DNA of 64,000 bases from Ginglymostoma cirratum (taxonomy: Eukaryota), in assembly GCA_024137785.1 (NCBI GenBank), contig JAHRHZ010000025.1:22546921-22610920 (forward strand), in the 5' to 3' direction. This document shows, piece by piece, positions 1 to 13,406 of the stretch; within the stretch, counting starts at the first letter, position 1, and every line of letters starts with the position of its first letter. A model generated the notes under the pieces. The model saw only the letters and a program-made list of their open reading frames with translations, ran no database searches and was not told the DNA's origin. Made by a program: the position numbers and the translations under genes.

Positions 1-11
1 TTGCAATTGGA

Positions 12-112
12 GGGATCTTGTGATGTAATGGTAGCATTCCTACCGATAGACCAGAAGGTCTGGGTTCATATCCCACTTGCTCCAACATGTGTCATAACAT
101 GTCTAAACAGAA
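12..112 (+). mobile_element. Short degenerate tRNA-derived SINE head
   Basis: A-box-like TGATGTAATGG and B-box-like GGTTCATATCC with tRNA-like spacing. Confidence 0.45.
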
Positions 113-1404
113 ATATCTAAATTTGGGATCGGTTAACTACCATCAGTTCCCAGGCTAAGTAAGAAACTGTTGATATTCACTGCCTGATTTTCTGATTCAT
201 CTCTTTCTTTCCTATTTGGCCCAGCAGCACATCATCAGTATTTAACACTCCTTTGTTGCTGGAAGACATGCTGATATTGCACATTTTGAGTTCTAAACTG
301 AGAGTGGCAAAATTAACCTTCGTACTTAAAACTGGAGTTACAAACTCCTGGGTGAAAGAAGTGATCCATGTTTGCACCAAAACTGCAGCAATTGTACATT
401 AATAATTGTCAGATGTTTATACTCAAGTTGTTCAAAATCCAATTTAACTGAATTCCTTTGATATTTCACAATTGGAAAACAGCGCAAGTGTGACTTTGGC
501 AATTACGTAATAATGGTAGATAAACTTTCTTCACCACAATGGGATGGTAATATACAATGTCACCAGAGTCTGAAACTGTTCGTTGGATATTAGCTAAATC
601 TTTGGAGATTTGAAATAAATTGCTTTAACACAACAGTAGCTGTACTATTTCTGACAGCAGTGTGCGGCTGACAGCTTTTAACCGATCTCTGCAAGAAATA
701 GGATCTGCAGTTTAGCATCTGGCACCTGCTTTGAGTAATCACACGACAATATAGGATAATAAAAACTTACAGCTGTTGCTGCCTAAAATCACTGTGTCCC
801 AGTGTGGCAACCAGCAAATGTGGCTTGATCAAAATCACAGTGGATTTGAGAGACACAGGATGAGTTGATTGCTTAAGCTGTGCCCTACCTTCGCCTGTTG
901 TTCAAAACCATCAGATAGGAAAATCTATCACTGCCAAGTATCCTCAGAGAAGTTACTGACATCTCCAGCCACGTGACCCCCTTCATTGTTCTGCATGCTG
1001 GAATCTTTCTGCATGCCACACTCATTTTTTTTAACCCTTCTAATCTTTCCCCTTCATAACGGGTTGATTATCAGTGTGTGAATCCTTCCAAGAGGCCTGA
1101 ACTCAGGTAGTAATCGTGGGAGAGTCCCTGGTCAGGCATCCTGCAGAATTCAATGGAGAATCACTGCAGTCTGACAAGCATAACCATGCGCTAACCCATA
1201 GATGATACTTGCCTCTTGGGGGCATGGTACGTGAAGAGGGAAAGAGGGAGGTTTTTTCCCAAAATTATATAACACAAATTGGATATGGTTAAAGAATAGA
1301 TATGCTTCGAGTATGACACCTTCAGCCACACTGTCTGCTTTCTGACTCAGGCGCAGATGTGAACACGGGGCCTTGTGCCGTGGCCTAGAGGACAAAGAAC
1401 TGGA

Positions 1405-1868
1405 AAAGAAAGGAAGAAAGACTCGCATTCAAGTGGTGTCTTTCATCACCTCCAAACAATCCAACATAATTTCCGCTCACATTTCGAGGTGCACTCACTG
1501 TTCTGATGAAGGAAACGTGATGGCTAATTTGCACAATGCAAATTTCCACAAACAGCATTGTGATAAAGATCAAATAAGCTGCTCTTCCAATGTTGATTGA
1601 GGGCTAAATATTGGTCAGAATGTGAACATAAGACTCCCCTCCTCTTCTTTGAAATAGCGCAATGGGACGCTTTCAGATGCACCTGCAAGGGAAGAAAGGG
1701 CCTTACTTTCACGTCTCATTTGAAGGATGACACCACTAACAGTGCAGCATTCCCTCAATACTGCAGTGTAGTGTCACCCCAGATTTCCTCGCCCGAATGC
1801 AGAAATGGAACTTGAATCATCATGACCGTGTGACTCAGAGCCAACGGTGCAATAACTGAGCCACAACT
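1405..1868 (-). mobile_element. Deu-domain SINE (SacSINE1-like), old copy
   Basis: Minus strand reads GTGGCTCAGTTATTGCAC...CTCTGAGTCA head, then TGCAGTATTGAGGGAATGCTGCACTGT, ATGAGACGTGAAA and CAATATTTAGCCCTCAATCAACAT, ending in a TTTC-rich tail. Aligns by eye with the copies at 19441, 41191 and 48585. Confidence 0.75.
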
Positions 1869-2885
1869 GACTTGAAATTGAATGGTTTTATTTCAGTTCA
1901 TCAGTTGAAAGCCTAGTATTTCTGCACCAGAAAGGAGATTCATGACAGTTGGTGGTGATGGTGGTGGCAGGGTCAGAATCCTCTAGAGCTCAGAGGAGAC
2001 TTTAAAACAATATACGACTGCGTACTGCCAATTCGTCAGTCAGACCTTTCCCAGCTGCTCAGAAAGCATGTGCAGAAATCAGGAAGGATTAGTTCCCTAG
2101 AGTCAAGTTCAATAGCAAATGGAAAAACAGGGATTTTTTGTATGGCTATTGGTGGCCACTTTTACCATACTGGCCAAAGACTGAGTGGTAGCAGCCTGCT
2201 TGCTGTTCTTCAACAAGAAAGTGGTAAATCCCACCACGTCAATGAGAAGAAGAAACAAAAAGAAAATGGATGGGGAATGTAAAGATCAATCAATAATAAT
2301 AACAACTCAACTTTTGGTTGCCTAAGGAATGGAGACGGATTCCAGGCCCCTGCTGTGTATGTACAGTACTTTACTTTATGGATCTGCTTCAGGTGCTGTG
2401 ATTTCTATCACTTGTGGAATTGTGCGCTCTTAAAAATAATAAGCCTTTATTTTTATTATTTCCCATTTTCACTAATGATATCTTTCACCTTAGCTGCCTG
2501 CTTTTTGGAGGTAAAAGCATTTGTCAGTGTATTTTGAAGAATGGGTAAGTTCCTTCTATAAAATCCTACTACTACCTGACAAGAATGCAACTAGGCCTTT
2601 CATTGGGATTAGGGGAGTGTGAGCTGTGTCCTTTTATTGAGCTTGGTTTCTTTATGTTTGAAGATGTTCCACACCACAAATACATACTTCTTTACATTCC
2701 ATAGCCTGGAAGTTCATATGGGCATATGAAGAAGTATGTAACTCTGGGCAGAGTCAGACACCAAGGTTTGGAGATTTCTTGATTTGTGTCTTGGACATGA
2801 AATATTCCAGAACCATTTCATAAATAGATGAAACGGCATCAAGAGTGCAACCAGTTTTTATTTTTAAAGACCTGTGAAAAGAATT

Positions 2886-3690
2886 ATGCACCGTGTATCC
2901 GACCCCAACACGGAGGATACGGAACAGCAAGTTAACGACAACTTCTCAAACAAACAAAACTTGCGTGACAGTTATTCTGTAAATTTGACAAAGAATCAAG
3001 CCCAAAAGTTAGCCCATAAGAGAAAAATGAACTTTGTATGAAATTAACTTACTAAATTCCTACAGCAGGTTTTTCCAATTTTAAAGATTCATCTTAAAAT
3101 TGTTCCAACTGTCATATCGAAGGATAAATAATTCTTCTGATAAGCTACAGATGCGCGACTTTGTAAATCCTCAAGGCTATGGTATAAAAATGTTGCCAAG
3201 TGAATCTTATTTCCCTGACAAATTGTGCGGTAATAGTTCAACATTTCCCTTATTGCCACTAGTCACTATTATTGAAGAGCAAGATGTTGTGGAATGGTGA
3301 AAGGCATGCTATCAAGCAAAACAAAAATTAAAATTTGTTTTAATGGAACACAGTTACAGACGTATCAGGATTCCATGAAGGAATTCCTTGATGTTTCAAC
3401 TTGTGGAGATGGACATGATTTGACAGGAAAACAAAATAACTCCCAATGCAACAATTGAAAACTGTTTCATCTTTTTCCAAACTGCAGCCACTCGTGAGGA
3501 AACTAGGAAATTAGGAACAAAATACAGAATGATATCCACACACCTTTCAAAGACACAAATTAATTTTGTGAAAATAAAACTAAGAAAAAAATTGACAAAA
3601 GGTGAATTTATGGGAGGTTAGCAAGACGTAGTTGTCTGCGTCAAAATACAGTTAAAAGAAACAATTGGCTCCTTAACCAGATTCTTTTGA
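2886..3690 (+). pseudogene. Possible ancient hAT transposase relic
   Basis: Stop- and frameshift-interrupted translation DVVEW*K ... IP ... (F)STCG ... LTGKQN ... NATIENCFIF resembles the motif order of the hAT C-terminal dimerisation domain (DPLxWWK...IPATS..ERxFSxxG...RNRL...TVExLxF). Confidence 0.3.
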
Positions 3691-5618
3691 GTCAGATCTG
3701 CAATCAAACCAGCAGGAACACTTACACTACAAATGTATTGAGAAAATGTAAGATTAAAACTACACAATCCACATGCAAACTTAAGTGCAATGATCAAACA
3801 CAACTGAATGTCAAATTTTCATTTATATATTTGCGGAGTTAAATTGCACCATACTTGCCTCATAGCTGTTGATGTGGACAACTTGGCAAAATAGGTTGTC
3901 ATTGTTAAAAATCATGCAAAAACCTGATTGCAAGTTTTGACTGTTAGTTCACAAATGGTCTGCACATGGTGTGGTGGAATAGTCCATCTCTGCCCTGCCC
4001 TGCAGAACAGCACTTCCCAATGATCACTTCCTAATGACCAATCAATTTTGTGTGGCATCTAAGGAATTCACCAACCAAAATGGATGAAAAATGAACAGTT
4101 TTTGCAAAACACAGAAGCAACTTTTGCAGACAAAAGCATTAAGAAAATTCTACACTGTGGAATTGTCATGAGCACATAAGTAATAACCATCTAATAATGT
4201 TCAAATTCTTTTTCATAATCAAGATTGTGCTATAATAGTTAAGGACAATTTTAAGGTTGTGGTTTTGCATGCCTCTTTGAAGATGAAGATTAAAGGTAGA
4301 CTCAAAAAATGTTGTGGAAGGCAAAAATTCATTGATAGCTGGGTTCAGGCTGTCCCTCAACTTTTATTTTAATCTAAATCCCTGAACAGCTATCAGACAA
4401 CGTCAACTGATTTAATGGAGACAGTCCCCATGTCTAGCCTGCATTTACAAAGGTGAAAGGACAGAGTTCTATCATACTGCGATTCCCAACGCCTCTTACT
4501 TGCGCCTCTCCTCTGCTGGAGAAAAGTCCTTCATCTGCACTGTCTGGCCCGGATTCAAACCCAGGTCCCAGAGGAGATAGAACAGTGTTCTAACTCAGTC
4601 TGTAACCCAGTCCTGTGGACAGTTACGGTCTTGTACAAATTGAAAAATCATACATATGACAAACAACGTGGAAATGGCAGGATATTTTACAAGCTTCTGC
4701 TGACTGCAAAGCCTCTTAAAAGGACATAATAAATTGGAACTGTTTTCATTTCCTAATACAGTAATAATCATTTATCCAGACTCTAGTCTGTATAACACAT
4801 GTGGCATGACTCAAAAGCTGCTATTAAACTAATATCTGGAAAGTGAAAGTTTGTACTTCAGGGAAGAAAATTTGCATCAGTCAGACTGTCTGGTTTAATT
4901 CAAAACAGCTGTACATTTAGACCAAGCTAAAAAAAAATTGTTAAAGGGACTAAACTGGCTCCTCATTCCAAGGAACGTAAAACTGCGGCTAAATGCAGCT
5001 GTTTAGTGAAAACTGCACCCTCCACATTCCATAACAAGACGAGAAATGAGGAAATAAACAGATCCCAGAAATTTCACATTTTTATAAAATGAAAAATGGC
5101 TCCTTTTCATCAGCCCCACCCTCAAAACATCTTGACCATGAGTGGGGGAATTCCTGCAAGGTCAGAATTGGCATCAAAACATTCCTTTCATTAGGAAGCG
5201 TGTTAGTACACAAGACTCTTGCCTGATCTCATTGCAGCATTCTCTACACTTAACAAAAAATGCTTGAAACAGTTAATGACCAATCCCCCGACCCCATTCC
5301 TCTCCGCCACCCCAAATCATTTGTTACAAGCGAAACTAATTCAAATGAATAATAAGATCAAGTTGAAGAAAACATTGCTACAATATGTCAAATGTTACCT
5401 TTTTAGTTCCTCACTGTTTCTATTAGATATACTTCTAACATGGCAATGGCACTCAATTGCCCTGTCTGTGAGAAACAGGCCAGTTCGGTTCTGTCTTCAG
5501 CTGGAGGCTTGCAGCAGAAGTTTCAGAGGGTGACCTCATGAAGCCATTTTTAAAGTCACCCATCCTGTTGTGCGCTGCCAGTCGATTTGTGCTGCGTCAT
5601 CGGGTAGCAAGGGACGAA

Positions 5619-5634
5619 AGAGAGAGAGAGAGAG
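5619..5634. repeat. (AG)8 microsatellite
   Basis: Direct reading. Confidence 0.95.
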
Positions 5635-5826
5635 CGAGGCAGAGGGGCAGAATGATCCTTCTATTTTCTGCATCCTGTGGGCTTGGGAGGGGCCTTGCAG
5701 CAACTCCCCCTCTCCCATTCATGGAAGTGCTCCCAATGAACCTGAATCAGCACCTGTCATTAGCTGGAGACAGCTGACCAACCACCGCCTGCTCAGACAC
5801 TGTCAGTCTTTTTGCTTGCACGTTAC

Positions 5827-5868
5827 CTCTTCCCTTTCCCAACTGTCCTTATGGAGCACCTTCATCAT
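5827..5868 (-). CDS. Candidate alternative first coding exon MMKVLHKDSWEREE (phase-0 donor); gene unidentified
   Basis: AGAATGATG start, 14 codons, then GAG|GTAACG. Confidence 0.25.
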
Positions 5869-8189
5869 TCTTTCGCTGACTTGAAAATATCCTCTCGTTT
5901 CTTCCCTTTCCTTGCAAAATGCTGTATTCCCCCAATTAAGGCTGAAGGCAGCAAACAGTCCACTAATCCTGACAGCAGTGATGAATATGCTGATGTTATA
6001 GGCCACGGAGACACGGGATAGTGTGAGACAGAATCTCAGGATACAGTCAAGGCAGCTCTCCTTTCCTTATCATTACGTTCTACTGCTGCTCATTCATAGA
6101 ATGCAAAAGCTGGATCAGCTTTCCCTCCCCCCACCCCTTCCCAGATCAATACCAACTCACTAGCAGCAAGGGAAAAAAAACCTGACCTGAACAGCTATAT
6201 GATAATGAATTTTCTCTTCTCTCAATTAGCAAACAATACTGTCACATTGGTGCAAATTATGACAATAACCTTCACAAGCAGTCGCAAAGTCCAGGCAAGT
6301 TCTTTCTCCTGTGTGGCACTTAGCCTATTTATCTCCCCTCCTCAACTGCTTAAGCAAGGGCCGGTTATATTGGGATGACAGTTAATGGTCCCAGGACCCT
6401 GAATAAGTAATGGATTACGTGCTGAGGCTGCGTCTATTACGTTTCAGCCATTACTGAAAGTGCTGCAGGTAATAATTCTTTAGTATCTCGTTGTGGTTTT
6501 CAACGATAGCCTAGAAATAAAATGTTGGAGTTCTGCAACAGTATTAACATGGTTTCTAAACTGAATTTAAAAAACTATGGAAAAACATCCCTTTTCAAGT
6601 GATCTGCTGACTCATTTGTAAATTCATTATTTTCAGAATTTACTATCCTTGCCGCTGGTTCTCTGTGTGACTGTAATATTCAGTAAACTGTACACAATGG
6701 ATTCTAGATATTGTCGTTCTCGGTCTCTCAAGAAAAGTGGCAGTGACAGGGTTTTACAACAGTCTGGTGCGGTTCTCCTCAGAGAAACATTCAAGACTGT
6801 CCCATTTGCAATAAATTCCCTATAAATAACTCAATGACACTTTGCTGCTGCAGTTTGGAGGAGATTTACATGCAGAGAGAACTCTGATCATTTGCATCTG
6901 AGTCAGAAGAAAATAATAAAACGCAAATGCACATAGATATGTATTTTTAATGTGGCCAATGTGAGTGAACAGGCAGTAAAGGATATCATCAGATAGAAAA
7001 TAAATGGAGCTCTATTGAATAGAAATAGGGCTCTAGGATGAAAAGTGCTGATCAGCAGGAAGCAGCAATGACACAGATGACTGTATTAGCAATGAGGACT
7101 GTATCAATTACTGCTAATGGTCAGCTCACAGGCCTAGACTGCAGAAATCAGCAAGGAGTGTCTGGCAATGTTTTACAGGGATGAAGGAAAGAAACAAAAT
7201 TCTAGATTTGAGAATTAAATCAAGCCCAATAATAAACCGAGAAGGGTTACATCTGATGATGCAAGGAAGGAAAATTTCAATTTGCTATCCCAATTCTGTA
7301 TCATTCAGTATTAAGTCTGCAGCACTATGGGAATAGACTGAACGTCAGCGTAGCTAGATGATTAAGTGCTCCAACTAACACAACGTGTTACTTCTGTAAG
7401 GTTCTAGCAGTGCAGCTGGTGGAGATTGTGGGGGAGCGCAAGGAGAGTTTATGATTGGTTACTTCAAGTGCAACATTGTAGCATAGGAAATTCCAGCACA
7501 TACTCCACTTTCAATCCATTTTGACCATAATTGTCGCACTCGGGTTTGAAACAAGCTGCTTGACTGTAACCAGGTTCTTCTGCCAAACTGAGCTGCCTAT
7601 TGCCAGCTGCCATGCAGCACTTTTTTTGAATGTCACACCAATGAGGTCCTAAAATGGCTGAACATCAACATGGGTCAATGGTGTGACATTTTAATCTTAA
7701 AGCCGTAAAACCAAAGTCACATCTTTTTAAAGGTAAATCTAAATAGACTCACCTAATACCTTAGCTTAATTTTCCTTTTTGGTGATTGATAAAGGCATCT
7801 CAGCACATTACAAGTGGTTTTCCCTTTCTTTTGATGTTAGGAATCCAGACTGAGAACACAGGTGGTGTTTCAATTTCCTTGCATTGAAACGTCACAAAGA
7901 CATTACGGGGATCCCTGGTTTATGAACATCCTACTTGTGAAAGCTTGTGCGTAAAAATGTGATCCAGTACGGGCGGGTGGGGTGTATTAGTATTAATGTT
8001 AAAGGTCTGACATATGAACTTTCCCTCATACTGACAAACATCTATTTTATATTGTCCTGCATTGTATTCTGACTTTTTTACAAATCGACTTGAGAGCGGA
8101 CTCAAGAACAGAGCTTGTTCGCAACCCGGGGACTGCCAGTATTCATCCTGTCCATAAGCTAGACTAAGACACAAAATTTGGAAAGCTCC

Positions 8190-11064
8190 AAGGGGATGAT
8201 ACTACATGTCTCTCTCTACAGTCAGAGGGAGATAGAGAAGCAGATATGCAGGCAAGTAGAAGAAAGGTGTGAGAGATACAGGGTTACAGTTGTAAGGGAT
8301 TTCAAATTTGCTAATGTTACTGGGTTTGCCTTAAGTGTGAAATGATTAGACAGATGGAAGTTTTAAAGTTCATACAGGAGAGCATTTTTGTGCCAGTATC
8401 TAAATAGTCTACTAGAGACGGGGCAGTGCTAGACCTAATCCAAGGAAATGAAGCCAGTCAAGTGTTTTGAAGATTCAGTAGGTGACCATTTTGGGGATAG
8501 TGGCTATAATTCTGTAAGTTTCGAAGTCATTATGGAGAGGCGTAGGAATAGTGCAGATGTTAAGTGTCTAAATTGGGGGAAGGCCAATTTCAACATCATT
8601 AGACAGGATCTGGCAAATATAGACAGGGAGCAGACACTCACAGGTGGCTGCAAGTTGGAATTTGGAAAGTGGGAATCTTTTTAAGGTAGTATAGTAAGGA
8701 TTCAGGGCCAGCATGTTCTTCTAATAGTGAAGGACGAGGGCAGCAAGTCCAGGAAACCCTGGATGTCAAGGAATGTTGAGAGCTTGATAAAGAAATGGGA
8801 GAAGCATAAGTTAGGTACAGAGCATTAAAAACAGGGCAGGACCTTCAGGAGTATAGAGAGTGTAGGTGGTGCTTAAAAAAAAAAAACAAATTAGGAGGGC
8901 CAAGAGGGGCCACAAAATATCTTTGGCAAATGGGATCTAGGAAAACCACAAGGCTTTTTATAAATATGCTAAGAAGATTACCAGGGAAAGATTGGGGCCT
9001 ACTAGAGACCAAAGGGATCACCTGTGTTGGAGCCAGAGAATGTGTGTGAGCTCTTAAATGAATATTTCTCATCTCTATTCACAAAAGAGAAAGGCATTGT
9101 AGCCAGGGATTTCATTTGGGATGGTAAAGTTCTAGAGCATGTTAAGTTTAACAAGGAGGAGGTGTTAGATGTTTTGGTGGGGATAAAGGTGCATAAATCC
9201 CCAGGGCCTGATAAGATGTATGCTATAAGACATTAAGGAGGAGATTGCTGGAGCCATGGTGGAGATATTTAATACTTCACTGGCCCCAGGTAAAGTGCCA
9301 GATGACTGGAGGATAGCTAATGTGGTTCCTTTGTTCAAGAAGGACACAGGGAGAGGCCAGGTAATTACAGACCAGTTAATCTGATGTCAATGGTAGGGAA
9401 ATTATAGGAAAAAAACTCTGAGGGACAGGATTAATCAACACGTGGAAAGGGATAGCCGGTACAGATTTATTATAGGGAGATCCTGCCTGACTAATTCAAT
9501 AGAGATTTTTTAAAAATGACTAAATACATCAATGAGGGTAGTGCAGTCGATATAATTTACATGGACTTCAGTAAGGCCTTTGACAAGATCCCACATGGAG
9601 GCCCAAAAGGTAAGAACCCGTGGGATCCATGGCAAGTTTGCTTGCAAATAGGAGGCAAAGAGTGACAGTGGATGGTTGCTTTTCTGATTGGAAAGTTGTG
9701 GCTGTGCTATACCACAAGGATTGATGCTGGGACACTTGCTGTTTGATTTATACATAAACAAATTGGATGCGAATGTAGAAGGTGTAATTAATATGTTTGC
9801 CAGTGTCACAAAAATTGGTGGTGTTGTTGATAGTAAGGAGAATGGTCTCAGGCTACAGTCTGATATTGATCAGCTGGTAAATTGGGCAGAGCAATGGCAG
9901 ACGGAATTTAATCCTAATAAGTGTGAGGTGATGTATTTTGGGAGGTTTAGTAAGGAAAGGATTTGCACAATGAATGGTAGGTCCTGGGGAGTACAGATGA
10001 ACAAACGGATCTTGGTGTATAAATCCATAGACCCCTGAAGGTGTCAGCACAGGTAGACAGGGTGGTGAAGAAGGCGTATGAGATGTTTGCTTTCATTAGC
10101 TGGGCGTAGAATATAGGAACAGGGAAGTCTTGTTACAATTTTGTAATACATTGATTGGGCAGCACAGTGGCTCATTGGTTAGCACTGCTGCCTCGCGTTG
10201 CCAGGGTCTGGGGTTCGATTCTAGCCTTGGGTGACTGTCTGTGTAGAGTTTGCTCATTCTCCCTGAGTCTGCGTAGGTTTCCTCCAGGTGCTCCAGTTTC
10301 CTCCACAGTCCAAAGATGTACAAGGTAGCTGGATTGGCCATGCTAAATTGCCCACAGTGCCCAGGGATGTTTAGGTTAGACATGGGAATTGCAGGGGTAG
10401 GGGAATGGGTCTGGGTGGGATGCTCTTCGGAAGGGCAGTGTGGACTTGTTGAGCCAAGTGGACTGTTTCCACAGGGTAGGGATTCTTTGATTCTATGAAG
10501 TCATAGATGGAATAGCATATGTAGTTTTATTGCTACACTACCAGAAGGAAATGTTTGCACTGGAGAGGTTGCAGAGGAGATTCACTGGGATGTTGCTGAG
10601 GATAAAAAAAATCAGTTATGAGGAGAGACTGGTTTGGCTGAGTTAGTGTTCCTTGGAACAGAGGAGGTGGACAGGGGATCGGATTGAGGTATACAAAATT
10701 ATGAGAGGCATAGACAGAGTAGATTGTGAGAATCTCTTCCCCCCAGCAGACGTGTTTAAGACAAAAGGGCATAAGTTTAAGGTGAGCACAAAATGGTTTA
10801 GAAGAGATTTGAGAATTTTTTTTCACCCACAGAATGGTAGAAATATGAAATTTGCTGCCTGAGAGGGTAGTGGATGCTGGTATTCTTGCAACATTTAAGA
10901 AAGTTCTGGATGATTACTTAAAATGCTAGGGCATATTACGCTATGGACCAAGTGTAGCTAAATGGGTTAAGTGTAGTTTGATTTTTGTCTGTCAGCGTAG
11001 ACATGATGGGCTGAAGGGCTGGTTTCTGTGCTGTATGATTATATGATGCTCTATGATTCTATGA
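8190..11064 (+). mobile_element. CR1 LINE (HER1-like), 5'-truncated decayed ORF2 (APE endonuclease end + RT) with 3' tail
   Basis: Interrupted motifs GDHFGDSGYNSV, KSPGPDKMY, DDWRIANVVPLFKK, NYRPVNL, YMDFSKAFDKIPH, IPQGLMLG..LF..YINKL, FASVTKIGG, WAEQWQTEFNPNKC, DRIEVYKIMRGID; (CTATGATT)-like tail at 11033-11064. Confidence 0.93.
10157..10498 (+). mobile_element. HE1-like tRNA-derived V-SINE inserted into the CR1
   Basis: A box TGGCTCATTGG 10168-10178; B box GTTCGATTC 10213-10221; body GTGTAGAGTTTGCTCATTCTCCC...GGTTTCCTCCAGGTGCTCCAGTTTCCTCC; CR1-like 3' tail ending GATTCTATGA. Confidence 0.88.
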
Positions 11065-11599
11065 GATTCAGCAATGGAAGGTCAGCTTAGGCAGAGACCC
11101 TAGGTGCAGGACTTAACTTGACAGCCTCACTAGCTAAATAATTTGAAAAGCAATGTCTTTGGAAGTTTCTTACTATTTATTTCAGCCTCCAGCAAGGTCA
11201 GCCCAAACAAGCTGAACAGCACACTAGTACAAGGCACAAAGGCAGGAGTAGATCCAGAGATCTATATGATACACATTCAGAGCTAGTGTAAATGCTCTAA
11301 AGATAGCACAGTAGTGCTAGATATTTCTGACAATTCAGCACTTTTTGCAGTCATAATCTGAGCACCAAGGTAGTAAGTATATTATTGCAATTTGTCTCTA
11401 AGAAAAACCTAAATCAGAAGTCTAATTTTTGAAGCCCTCTCCACGCTCCTGTTATATATTCAAGGAAACGCCTTTTAATCACAATATCACACTATCTTGT
11501 ATTCCATCTCTTCCTAAAAATAGCATTAAATCCAAATAGCCATTTTCCACAATTCACATTAATCCTTGACAAGCTACTCAATCATAAAAGGCTTATGAA

Positions 11600-12145
11600 A
11601 TAAAAATACTGCAGGTGCTGGAAATCTGAACTAAAGACAGACAGTGCTGGAGAAATTCGATAGGTCCAGCAGCACTGTGGACAGCAAAACAGAGGCAAAG
11701 TTTCAAATCCAGTATGATTCTTCATCAGAACGGTAAGGAGCTGGAAAATGGTGGTTTTATGCTGTAGAGAGAGGGGTAGGAGGAGCAAGTGGAACAGATT
11801 GTCAGTGTGCCCAGAGTAAAAGTAAACGGGCCTTGGGTCTTGGACAGTGGGTCACTCCACCATGTCACCTTCCCATGTAATATTTGCCTATTCACCTCCT
11901 CCCTCCTCATTATCCAAAGCCCACATAACACCTTCCAAGCGAAGTAGCATTTCATTTGTACTGTACATCTTTCAATCTAGCTCTATTGCATTTGTCGTTC
12001 AATAAGGAGTCTTCTTCACATTAATGAGACCAAATTCAGGTGGCATAGCCATTTTGTTGTTTACCATTTCATCAAACCACGTTGCTCCCATGTTAAAATT
12101 TCCATCACGGGCCGCTACAGTGTTCCAATGAAGCCCCATGCATGA
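11600..12145 (+). mobile_element. Old Penelope-like element: inverted pseudo-LTR plus GIY-YIG endonuclease remnant
   Basis: 11600-11800 is a minus-strand pLTR with a hammerhead core. About 11930-12040 translates, with frameshifts, as FQAK*HFICT/TSFNL/VYCICRSIRSLLHINETK, resembling Penelope VYCI.C..C.LLYIGETK. Confidence 0.72.
11697..11728 (-). ncRNA. Degenerate minimal hammerhead ribozyme core
   Basis: CTGATGA-A-GAATC-ATACTG-GATTT-GAAA-CTTT. Confidence 0.55.
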
Positions 12146-12754
12146 ACTGGGTAGGTATTTAAAAAGAGATCATTTAAATTTTACATCTTCTATACAATAA
12201 GTGTTTAATGTTAGTGGGCAGTTAGTGATCATAAGGATAAAATTCTGCTTCACACTTGTCATTGAAACAATCATTAATGGAGTCGTGACTGGTGACGAAG
12301 TTGGAGAATGTCAATATTTAAAATTCAATTGAACCCAGCTCACAATTAAAGAATCTAGGTAGTTTTGAACATATCTGTCATTGATGATTTCATAGTCAAT
12401 TAGTGACCGTTCAGATTATTATAGCCCTGAGAAACAAAGAGGTCAATTTTGAAACAAATGTTGTTCGTTGAAGTTTTACAAAATACCATGTAGTGATATT
12501 TCAGAAAACATGTCACAAAGCTATGGATCCTGGATATTTTGAAGAGATGTGGACGATGTTTAGCTCTGCATCTCTACTCCCATAATGAACCATCGTGGGA
12601 ACAACTTCTTTTCTATTCTTAGTAAATTAATGATGACACATTTTATGGATTGCGATCCTTTTCCTTCTTCTAAAATCATTCATTTTCAGAGAATTCTCAT
12701 CTTTTCAACATATGCAACATATCAAACTGAAGGAAAACAATAAAATTATGGAGC

Positions 12755-12882
12755 AAAAACAGAAGTTGCTGGAAAAGCTCAGCAGGTCTGGCAGCATCTG
12801 TGTTTTAAAAATCAGAGTTAATGTTTCGGGTTCAGTGACCCTTCCTCTGAGAACAGCATCCGCAGTTCTTTTGGTTTTTAGT
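12755..12882 (-). mobile_element. Short Penelope-like pLTR fragment with inverted tail and TSD
   Basis: TAAAATTATGG(A/T)GC at 12741-12754 and 12883-12896; mutated hammerhead core CAGAGGA-A-GGGT...ACCC-GAAA-CATT. Confidence 0.75.
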
Positions 12883-13406
12883 TAAAATTATGGTGCTCTC
12901 AGCTATTTGGTTATCTATTTGTGCCATGTGTCCAGTCTTTGATCATGACTCTTACATGCCACCTCAATCCCTTACCACAGGATTCTGGAAGACCTTCAGG
13001 TCACATTTCAATTATGTGCATCAAAGATGAACATTCATCTGCATTCTTGAGGGAATCATAATTGGAGTTCCCCAATCTTCCCTATGAACTCCCACAGGAC
13101 ATCAATGCAAACGATTGAGAAAAGATGGATGCTCATTTTTAAGGTAAGTTAAGAGCAGTCATTGGAAGAACCCACCAAGTAGTTCCTAGTGAAGCTCTTT
13201 GTTATTCATCAAAGGGTTTCACAGAGTCTTAAGAGATAGCGATTCAACTGTTGAATCGCAATATGAAAGTGCAAGATAATTTGACAAGAGAATGCCTGAA
13301 TTGATGGATAATGAATCTGTCGGTATTATATAACTACAACACAGATGAAATGATTTCAGCAAAAATGACATGTCCATTAACTTAACTCTGTCTCCATATC
13401 TAGAGT

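Larger units (their letters stand above)
5400..6200 (-). promoter_or_regulatory. Candidate promoter / first-exon cluster
   Basis: Free of interspersed repeats, with locally higher GC and CpG; (AG)n tract; CRE-like TGACGCA (5594-5600); minus-strand donors GAG|GTAACG (5827) and AAG|GTAACA (5399). Confidence 0.35.

Noticed and set aside
1503-1518. CTGATGA-AG-GAAACGT resembling a hammerhead core
   Set aside because: No room for helix II, and it lies within the Deu-SINE body; a chance product of decay
10157-10230. tRNA-like A/B boxes as a tRNA gene
   Set aside because: Continues into a SINE body and tail; it is a SINE head, as are the other tRNA-like hits
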